Shown one piece after another: positions 1 to 6,461 of a DNA stretch of 34,022 nucleotides. How positions within the stretch are numbered: position 1 is the first letter of the stretch; every line of letters begins with the position of its first letter. Below the pieces are notes generated by a model. It saw only the letters and a list, made by a program, of their open reading frames with translations, searched no databases and was not told where the DNA came from. Location of the stretch: contig JACCWY010000414.1 in assembly GCA_013697395.1 (NCBI GenBank), forward strand, positions 1-34,022, given 5' to 3'. The position numbers and the translations under genes were made by a program. The DNA is from Chloroflexota bacterium (GTDB lineage Bacteria > Chloroflexota > Limnocylindria > QHBO01).

Positions 1-1
1 G

Positions 2-364
2 CCGGACACCATCGTCCGATCGCTCGCCATCGGCAGCCCTGCCGACGGGCAGCGCTCGCTCGCGCTGGCTCGGGGCAGCGGCGGCAGCGTCGAGGCCGTC
101 GAGGATGCCGACACGATCGCCGCGATCCGGCTGCTCGCCGAGACCGAGGGGATCCTGACCGAGACGGCCGGCGGCGTGACCCTTGGTGCGCTGCGGCTGG
201 CGATCACGCGGGGCGTGGTCGGGCGGGACGACGAGGTCGTCGTGGTGATCACCGGCAACGGGCTGAAGACGCTCGATGTCATCGTCGATGGGACCTCGGG
301 CGAGGTGATCGAGCCGTCGCTCGATGCGTTCGCAACCTGGGCACTGAAGGAGGGTGTGTCGTGA
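2..364 (+). CDS. Threonine synthase-like PLP enzyme, C-terminal fragment (5' end lies outside the window)
   Basis: The frame is open from the window edge (PDTIVRSLAIGSPADG...). The tail ...VVVITGNGLKTLD... is typical of ThrC-family C-termini. GC3 is high. The stop overlaps the next start (GTGA at 361-364). Confidence 0.7.
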   Translation, partial: PDTIVRSLAIGSPADGQRSLALARGSGGSVEAVEDADTIAAIRLLAETEGILTETAGGVTLGALRLAITRGVVGRDDEVVVVITGNGLKTLDVIVDGTSGEVIEPSLDAFATWALKEGVS

Positions 365-669
365 CGAGCCCCGTGCGTGACGGGGGTCCTCCGGTGATCA
401 GGGTACGGATCCCGCCCGTGCTGCGTGACGTGGTGGACGGGGCGAGGCAGCTCGAGGTCGAAGGGGCGACGGTGGGCGAGGCGCTCGACGCGCTGTTCGC
501 TCGCTTCCCGGCGCTGCGCGACCGCCTGACGACCGACGGACAGCTGTCGACCTTCGTCAACGTGTACGTCAACGCCGACGACGTGCGCCATCGGGACGGC
601 CTCGCGACGGCCGTGGGCGCGACCGATACCGTCATCCTGCTTCCGGCCATGGCCGGCGGATCTGGCTGA
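361..669 (+). CDS. MoaD/ThiS-family ubiquitin-like sulfur-carrier protein (102 aa), ending ...AMAGGSG
   Basis: Small beta-grasp-like protein (RVRIPPVLRD...GATVGEALDAL...VNVYVNADDV...DTVILLPAMAGG). The GTG start overlaps the stop of the upstream ThrC-like gene. A Gly-Gly lies near the C-terminus, followed by SG. Confidence 0.75.
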   Translation: MTSPVRDGGPPVIRVRIPPVLRDVVDGARQLEVEGATVGEALDALFARFPALRDRLTTDGQLSTFVNVYVNADDVRHRDGLATAVGATDTVILLPAMAGGSG

Positions 670-700
670 AGCGGGCTGCCGCTCCACGCAGTCCGCCGGT

Positions 701-997
701 TCACGGGCGCGTCGGCCGCGATGCCTGCGACCGGGTCACGAGGCGAAGGTCGATCGGGTACCGGCCCTCCGCGCACCATGCGGTGCCCGCAGCCTGAACC
801 GCGGCAAGCTCGCCATCGGCCAGGCGAACATCGACGACGACGAGGAGGTCGATGTCGCTGCGACCGGGCACGAAGTCGCCGAGCACGAGTGAGCCGTGCA
901 GGTAGGCGGCGACCGTCGGGCTACGTCGTGCCACCCGCAGGGCGTCGGCGCAGGCGCCGGCCAGTGTCCGCGCGGCGGTCACGGCCTCCTGCGTCAT
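701..997 (-). CDS. Minimal nucleotidyltransferase-domain protein (98 aa; MNT/aminoglycoside-NTase N-terminal-like)
   Basis: Carries the Pol-beta NTase signature HGSLVLGDFVPGRSDIDLLVVV. There is no room for a C-terminal DUF4111-like domain. It is convergent with the carrier gene. Confidence 0.65.
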   Translation of the reverse strand: MTQEAVTAARTLAGACADALRVARRSPTVAAYLHGSLVLGDFVPGRSDIDLLVVVDVRLADGELAAVQAAGTAWCAEGRYPIDLRLVTRSQASRPTRP

Positions 998-1157
998 CGG
1001 GTCAACGTGGTCCGGGGCCGGTCATTGGACGTACGCCTCTTCCGTCCGGCGCTCGATCTCGTCGACCGTCTCCGCTCGACGGGTGACGACCGGTGGCCGC
1101 GGCGCAAGCACGACGACCGAGGGTGCCTGCCCGGCTCCTCTCGGTCCACGGAATGCG

Positions 1158-2561
1158 CTAGCTGGCCGCTCGCAGGTGGCCCTCACCCTCGGCCATGCGC
1201 CGGATGCCGGTTTCAATGGCGGTCTCCGACAGGCCGGAGTACCCGAAGATGATTCCGGCATCGACCGGTCCGGCCAGCCGATACGAAGCGAGGGTGTAGA
1301 CGCCGACGCCGCGCTCCGCGGCCCGGGCGGCGAACGCCTCCTCATCGGTCCCCTTCGGCAGCCAGGCCAGGAGGTGGAGCCCGGCGGCCGTGCCCGCCGG
1401 CCGGAGCGCCGGGAGGTGCCGCGCCAGCGCGGCGAGGAGGGCGTCGCGGCGCTGGCGGTAGATCGGCCGCATGCGACGCAGGTGGCGATCGTGCTCGCCA
1501 CGCGTCAGGAAGTCGGCGAAGGCAAGCTGGTCCAGGGTGGCAGTGCCGTTGTCGGTCCGCTCCTTGACCGCGGCGACGCGGTCGGCCATGGCGGCGGGCA
1601 CGATGAGCCAGCCGATGCGGAGGCCGGGGGCCAGCGTCTTGCTCGCCGATCCGCCGTACACGACCCGGTCGGGGGCGAGCCCCTGGATGCAGCCGATCGG
1701 CTCGCGGTCATACCGGTATTCGGCGTCGTAGTCGTCCTCGATGATCAGTGGATTGCGGCGCGTCGCCCAGGCCACGAGCTCGGCTCGGCGCTCGGGGGGC
1801 AGTACGCCACCGGTCGGATACTGGTGTGCCGGCGTGACGAGCACGGCGTCGACGCGGGCCTGCTCCAGGGCATCCACGCGCAGGCCGTCCTCGTCGACGG
1901 GGATGCCGACGGCCTCCAGCCCGGCGGCAATGATCGCCTGACGCGATCCTGCATGCGACGGGTTCTCGACCGCCACGCGTCGAGCCCCATCGGCTCGAAG
2001 CACCTCGCACACCAGCGCAAGGCCCTGCGAGAAGCCATTGCTGATGACGACCTGCCCGGAATCGGCGGCGGCGCCGCGGACGCGGTTGAGATAGGTCGCC
2101 AGCGCCTCCCTCAGCTCCGGCATGCCGCGGCGGTCGGGATAGCCGAGCTGCTCGTTGCCGGCGTCGCCCAGGGCGCGGCGCAGTGACCGGAGCCAGGCTC
2201 CGCGCGGGAACTGGGACACGTCCGGGCGGCCAGGTCGGAAGTCGAACTCCAGCAATGGCGCCGATGGCTCCTCGTCGCGCGCTGGACGCGGCGGCACCGC
2301 CTTGCACGCGACGCGCGTGGCGGAGCGCTCGTGGCCGGTCAGGTAGCCCTCGGCCACGAGCTGCTCGTAGGCCTCGACGACCACGCCCCGCGAGACGCCC
2401 AGCTGCGCCGCCAGCGCTCGGGTCGACGGCATTGCCGTGTCGGCGGCGAGGCGGCCGCTGCGAATCGCCGTCCGAAGCTCCTGCTCGAGGCGGCCGTGGA
2501 GCGGTCCCGAGCCGTCATCGGGCAGCGTCACGAGCAGTTCACTGGTCCTGAGTTGTTGCAT
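1158..2561 (-). CDS. MocR-family regulator (GntR winged-HTH fused to a fold-type I aminotransferase-like domain)
   Basis: 467 aa. The N-terminus reads ...IRSGRLAADTAMPSTRALAAQLGVSRGVVVEAYEQLVAEGYL (GntR HTH). A long PLP-aminotransferase-like domain follows (YPDRRGMPELREALATYL..., SASKTLAPGLRIGW). Confidence 0.9.
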   Translation of the reverse strand: MQQLRTSELLVTLPDDGSGPLHGRLEQELRTAIRSGRLAADTAMPSTRALAAQLGVSRGVVVEAYEQLVAEGYLTGHERSATRVACKAVPPRPARDEEPSAPLLEFDFRPGRPDVSQFPRGAWLRSLRRALGDAGNEQLGYPDRRGMPELREALATYLNRVRGAAADSGQVVISNGFSQGLALVCEVLRADGARRVAVENPSHAGSRQAIIAAGLEAVGIPVDEDGLRVDALEQARVDAVLVTPAHQYPTGGVLPPERRAELVAWATRRNPLIIEDDYDAEYRYDREPIGCIQGLAPDRVVYGGSASKTLAPGLRIGWLIVPAAMADRVAAVKERTDNGTATLDQLAFADFLTRGEHDRHLRRMRPIYRQRRDALLAALARHLPALRPAGTAAGLHLLAWLPKGTDEEAFAARAAERGVGVYTLASYRLAGPVDAGIIFGYSGLSETAIETGIRRMAEGEGHLRAAS

Positions 2562-2566
2562 GGAAC

Positions 2567-2614
2567 TGGATCTTACACCAGTACCAGATGAGCATCAGCA
2601 TGGTGCCAGATCCA
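2567..2614. promoter_or_regulatory. Candidate MocR operator: direct repeats GTACCAGAT (2581-2589) and GTGCCAGAT (2603-2611), 22 bp apart, inside the inverted pair TGGATCT (2567-2573) / AGATCCA (2608-2614)
   Basis: The repeats were read directly in the 69-bp divergent spacer between the mocR start (2561) and the micro-ORF at 2631. MocR regulators are known to bind spaced direct or inverted repeats in such spacers. Confidence 0.3.
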
Positions 2615-2630
2615 CCACTGGAGAACTCCG

Positions 2631-2750
2631 ATGAACGCCATCCTGCCGATCCTGATCATCACGGCGCTGATCCTGGCCTTCGATCTGGCCGCGATGCGCG
2701 CCGGTGCCGATTCGCGCGACCCGTTCGGCGGCGGCGATCGGCTCCGCTAG
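2631..2750 (+). CDS. Micro-ORF, 39 aa, single predicted TM helix (MNAILPILIITALILAFDLAAMRAGADSRDPFGGGDRLR)
   Basis: ATG is preceded by GGAGAA (2620-2625) at 5-nt spacing. GC3 is high. It falls below the length cutoff of the ORF track and was translated by hand. Confidence 0.45.
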   Translation: MNAILPILIITALILAFDLAAMRAGADSRDPFGGGDRLR

Positions 2751-2779
2751 CCCTCTCCCGACGACATCCAGGAGCTGCC

Positions 2780-2965
2780 ATGCATCCCGATACGTACATC
2801 TTCCTGGCAGGCGAGCGCATCGCCGACCTGCATCGTGACGCCGACCGCCGGCGACAGTCCTCCCGCGTCGCCCATGTGGGGCGCGCGAAAATCCATCACC
2901 GAGAGCAGCCGGCGGCTGCCGGCGTGCCCCGCACACCGCTCACCGGCCCGCGGGGCGCCGGCTAG
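2780..2965 (+). CDS. Small basic protein, 61 aa (MHPDTYIFLAGERIADLHRDADRRRQSS...)
   Basis: ATG is preceded by AGGAG (2770-2774) at 5-nt spacing. GC3 is high. It is in frame with track ORF 2588..2965. Its stop TAG shares a CTAG with the convergent cyclase stop. Confidence 0.4.
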   Translation: MHPDTYIFLAGERIADLHRDADRRRQSSRVAHVGRAKIHHREQPAAAGVPRTPLTGPRGAG

Positions 2966-3825
2966 GAGGCCTCGCCTGGCTCGGCCGAGGGCCGCCCACC
3001 GTGCGGCAGCCTGGTCGGAACGGGAGGCGTCATCGTTCGGAGCGGGGGAAATCGTCGCGGGAGGCCGGCCGCCATGACCTGGAAGAGCTCGTGCTCGTCC
3101 GGGATGCCGCGCAGCCTGTGCCGGCCCAGGGCCCTGAGCTCCAGTCCGTCCTGGAGCTCGATGGCGTCGCGCAGCGCAGCGGAGACGATGATCTGGCCTC
3201 CGTGCCCCGCGTCGCAGATGCGTGCGACGGTGTTCACGGCAATGCCCACGTAGCCGGCCGCGTTCAGCGATGGCCGCCCCGCGTGGACGCCGATTCGGAC
3301 CCGCACGGCGCGCCGATCGGCCCAGGCATGGCGGCCGATGGCTCGCTGCATGGCGACCGCTGCGGCGAGCGCCTGCGATGGCTCCCCGAACGCGGCCAGG
3401 TACTCATCGGCGCGGGCGTCGACCTCGTGGCCGCCATCGCCCTTCGTCTCCGCGCGCAGGATCCGTCGCAGCTCGTTGAGCACCGGTGGCCACCGGTCGC
3501 CGAGCTCGGTCAGGAGCCCGGTCGAGTCCTCGACGTCGGCGAGCAGGAGCGCGACTCGGCCCTTCGGCAGGTTGCGCTCCGGCCGCAGCTGCCCATCGAT
3601 GAAGCCGACCGGCAGGATCTTGTACCGCTTCGCCGCCCTCAGCAGCCGCGATCGGGCGCGCGAACGTGCCTCGTCGTCGTCGAAATCCACCCGATCGAAG
3701 CGCGCCAGGGCGTTGCGGACGTGCGCCTCGTCGTGGATCGGCAGGCGGCGACGCCCTTTCGAGTCGATATAAGCGAATGACGTGTCGGGCAGCTGTGCCC
3801 GAGCCTTCGCGCCAAGCTGCGCCAT
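2962..3825 (-). CDS. Class III adenylate/guanylate cyclase with an N-terminal DUF6582-like domain
   Basis: The N-terminus LPDTSFAYIDSKGRRRLPIHDEAHVRNALARF resembles DUF6582. The cyclase core is present: LLLADVEDSTGL (metal Asp), ADEYLAAFG, VRIGVHAGRP, GIAVNTVARI (Asn/Arg). Confidence 0.85.
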   Translation of the reverse strand: MAQLGAKARAQLPDTSFAYIDSKGRRRLPIHDEAHVRNALARFDRVDFDDDEARSRARSRLLRAAKRYKILPVGFIDGQLRPERNLPKGRVALLLADVEDSTGLLTELGDRWPPVLNELRRILRAETKGDGGHEVDARADEYLAAFGEPSQALAAAVAMQRAIGRHAWADRRAVRVRIGVHAGRPSLNAAGYVGIAVNTVARICDAGHGGQIIVSAALRDAIELQDGLELRALGRHRLRGIPDEHELFQVMAAGLPRRFPPLRTMTPPVPTRLPHGGRPSAEPGEAS

Positions 3826-3840
3826 GACGCGTCCATTATC
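3826..3840 (-). promoter_or_regulatory. Candidate -10 box (GATAAT on the minus strand, 3835-3840), 9 nt upstream of the cyclase ATG. This would give a leaderless or near-leaderless mRNA
   Basis: Read in sequence. No SD lies between the box and the ATG. Spacing is compatible with a TSS 1-3 nt from the start codon. Confidence 0.3.
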
Positions 3841-3861
3841 TCGCGCCGGGGCGGATCCGGC

Positions 3862-5499
3862 TCAGGGCCGAACCCGCTCGGTGACCTCGACGAGGTCGTA
3901 CAGGTGGCGCTGGTCGACGAAGACCCAGTTCCGATCCGGGAGGATCGGCAGCCCGGCATCGAACGCGGCGTTGAAGGCGACGCGGAACAGGTTGACCGGG
4001 GTGATGCGGTCACTGAAGCCGGCGGCATCGAGGGCCGCCGGGTCGACGCCAGGCACGCTGACGGCGGTCAGGATCGAGAACTTGCGGAGAAGCTCCTCGG
4101 GCGTCGCCTCGAGCCATGCGAAGCCGGCCTCGTCACGGGCGTAGCGCTCCGGAAATGGACCCTCGTCCGCGGCCAGCACCACGATCGGCCACGACGAGGG
4201 TGGACCGGCCTGCAACCGATCGAGCAGCCCCAGGATGCGGTCGTTCGCGTAGCGCAGCTGCTCGAGATACTCCTCGGCGTCGGTGCGGGAGGCACGCTGC
4301 TCCGGCGTCGTTCGGCTGCCATCGGCGTTGAATGCATAAGGCGGGTGCGGCAGGAGGACGTGCGCGAACACGAAGTTGAGGCCGGGCGCATCCGCGATCC
4401 GCTCAAGCTCGCTCAGCTGAAAGAGCGTCTGCTCCGCGTACATCTCGCTCCCGGGCGGCAGCCCTTCGTGCAGCTGCTGCCGGAGCGCGATCAGGATGGT
4501 CGTGTCGGCCAGGACGGCGCTGAACTCGGTGGTGTCGCCCAGCAGGAAGTTGACGTCGGCCGCGCCGTTGAAATACGTCGCGCCGCGACGCAGTCCGAGA
4601 TGGAGGTACCGGTAGCCACGTTCGTGAAGGAAGCGCTCCACCGCATGGCCGGCCTGGAGGCGTCGATAGAGCGGAGCCCAGTCGTCCGGTGCCGACGCCT
4701 CGGCAGCGAGCGCATCCGCGTCGAGCTCTTCCATGCTCAGCGACGAGGCCAGGCTGTGTGCCGTCTTGAGATAGTTCGCCGTCGCCCCTTCGCCAACCCG
4801 GAACCCACGGTCGCGCAGCGCATCGAGGAATGGACCGTTGTCGAAGCCGAAGAGCTCGTCGAGCGCCGGCGATCCGGCATAGCGGTCGAAGACGAGGTAC
4901 CACACGTCTCGCGTGGCACCCGGTGGCGCCTCGCCCCTCTCGCCGCGGCCGGCCGTCGTGGGTCCCTCGCCTGACACGGTGCGAACGGCCAGCTCGCCGA
5001 TCGGCACGACATTGACTGCGACCAGGATGCCGGCGGCGACGTTGACGGCGGTCGTGAGCCGTCGCACGCCGGGGGAGCCGAGCCGAGCGATGGCCACCAG
5101 CCCTCCGATGGCCAGCGCGCCCCACGCGACGAGCAGGACGCTGTGCATGCCGGCAGGCTCGCCGACCAGGTTCCAGGCATGCCCGTAGGTGAGCGAGAGC
5201 AGGATCAGGAGCGATGCTGCGAGCGCCGCGCGCCCGGGCCCGGCGCCCACCACGCGCCCCACGCCCACCGCCACCGACAGTGTTGCCGCCGCCGCGCCGA
5301 GCACGATGCCGAGCGGTAGCCACAGCGGCTGCAGCGAGAGCTGTTCCCGGATGTTCGCCGCGAAGAGGAAGACCACCGGAAAGGCCGCAACCAGCAATGG
5401 ATGCAGCCACCAGCCGGCCGCTCGCGAAGCGCCGACCGCCGGACGAGGGTTCGCCTCGCTCATGATCGCCGGGGAGTCTGGCCGTGGGCGATCCGTCAC
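3862..5499 (-). CDS. Polytopic membrane protein with a C-terminal sulfatase/LTA-synthase-like (alkaline phosphatase superfamily) domain
   Basis: The N-terminal ~180 aa form several hydrophobic helices. Next come WYLVFDRYAG..., ...YLKTAHSLASSL... (candidate nucleophile region) and VFAHVLLPHPPYAF. The GTG start overlaps the upstream stop (GTGA). ATG 5463 is an alternative start. Confidence 0.65.
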   Translation of the reverse strand: MTDRPRPDSPAIMSEANPRPAVGASRAAGWWLHPLLVAAFPVVFLFAANIREQLSLQPLWLPLGIVLGAAAATLSVAVGVGRVVGAGPGRAALAASLLILLSLTYGHAWNLVGEPAGMHSVLLVAWGALAIGGLVAIARLGSPGVRRLTTAVNVAAGILVAVNVVPIGELAVRTVSGEGPTTAGRGERGEAPPGATRDVWYLVFDRYAGSPALDELFGFDNGPFLDALRDRGFRVGEGATANYLKTAHSLASSLSMEELDADALAAEASAPDDWAPLYRRLQAGHAVERFLHERGYRYLHLGLRRGATYFNGAADVNFLLGDTTEFSAVLADTTILIALRQQLHEGLPPGSEMYAEQTLFQLSELERIADAPGLNFVFAHVLLPHPPYAFNADGSRTTPEQRASRTDAEEYLEQLRYANDRILGLLDRLQAGPPSSWPIVVLAADEGPFPERYARDEAGFAWLEATPEELLRKFSILTAVSVPGVDPAALDAAGFSDRITPVNLFRVAFNAAFDAGLPILPDRNWVFVDQRHLYDLVEVTERVRP

Positions 5500-6458
5500 C
5501 GCAGGTGCGGGAGGACCTCTCGCCCGAAGACTTCAACGAAGCGCTCCTGGTCCGGTCCGACCTCATGGAGGTAGAGCGCGTCGAAGCCGCGCGACAGGTC
5601 GCGCCGCAGCCAGTCGACATGCCGTGCCGGATCCGACGAGATCCGGACCGCGCCATCGAGGTCGTCGGCGGTGACGTGCGTCGCGGCATCACTGACCTGC
5701 GAGGGGTGGGCGAGGTCGGTCATCACGCTGTTCGGCAGCGTGTTCTGCCGCCACTGGGCGAACGCCGCCTCGCGGGCTGCTTCGTCCGTATCGGCGTATG
5801 CCAGGTGGACCTGGAGGTACATCGGCTTTCCCTCGCCGCCATTGGATCGGTATGCCTCGACGACGCGGTCGAGCTCGTCGTCGGACTGGGAGACGGTGAT
5901 CAGCGCATCGGCCCATTCGGCGACCCATGCCGCGGTCGGCGGCGTGACCGCCGCACCGACCAGGAGGGGCGGACGCTGCGGACGCGTCCATAGCTTCGCC
6001 TCCGAGACGGAGACGTGCCCCTCGCGCGAGACGGTCTCGCCGGCCCACAGCATGCGCATGACATCCGCCGCCTCCCGCAGGCGCTCGTGGCGCTCCGTCT
6101 TGGCCGGCCATCGCTCGCCGGTGATGTGCTCGTTGAGCAGCTGCCCCGACCCGATCGCGATCCAGAACCGATCCGGGTACATCACGTTCAGCGTCGCGGC
6201 CGCCTGGGCGATGATCGCCGGGTGATAGCGCTGGCCCGGTGCATTCACGATCCCGAACGGCAGATTCGTCGCCTGCAGCGCGGCGCCCAGCCACGACCAC
6301 GCGAATCCGGACTCGCCCTGCTCCTCGCTCCAGGGAGCCCAATGATCGGAGCACATTGCGCCGTCGAACCCGGCTCGCTCCGCGGCCTGGACCAGGCGGA
6401 GGAGCCGATCCGGCCGGAACTGCTCGTGGCTCGCGTGGAACCCGATGCGCGGCGCCAT
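5496..6458 (-). CDS. Luciferase-like monooxygenase (LLM) class flavin/F420-dependent oxidoreductase, G6PDH-related subfamily
   Basis: The N-terminus IGFHASHEQFRPDRLLRLVQAAERAGFDGAMCSDHWAPWSEEQGESGFAWSWLGA...RYHPAIIAQAAATL is typical of this LLM subfamily. Confidence 0.85.
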   Translation of the reverse strand: MAPRIGFHASHEQFRPDRLLRLVQAAERAGFDGAMCSDHWAPWSEEQGESGFAWSWLGAALQATNLPFGIVNAPGQRYHPAIIAQAAATLNVMYPDRFWIAIGSGQLLNEHITGERWPAKTERHERLREAADVMRMLWAGETVSREGHVSVSEAKLWTRPQRPPLLVGAAVTPPTAAWVAEWADALITVSQSDDELDRVVEAYRSNGGEGKPMYLQVHLAYADTDEAAREAAFAQWRQNTLPNSVMTDLAHPSQVSDAATHVTADDLDGAVRISSDPARHVDWLRRDLSRGFDALYLHEVGPDQERFVEVFGREVLPHLR

Positions 6459-6461
6459 CCC

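Noticed and set aside
998-1157. A 29-codon minus-strand frame (…VVTRRAETVDEIERRTEEAYVQ) between mocR and the NTase gene, as a possible antitoxin or partner.
   Set aside because: It has no SD, an uncertain start, is very short, and has no recognisable fold signature.
2962-2965. Convergent genes sharing a single CTAG for both stop codons, seen twice (2962-2965 and 10722-10725).
   Set aside because: This is real in the sequence but most simply reflects genome compaction. Two occurrences are not enough to argue for function.
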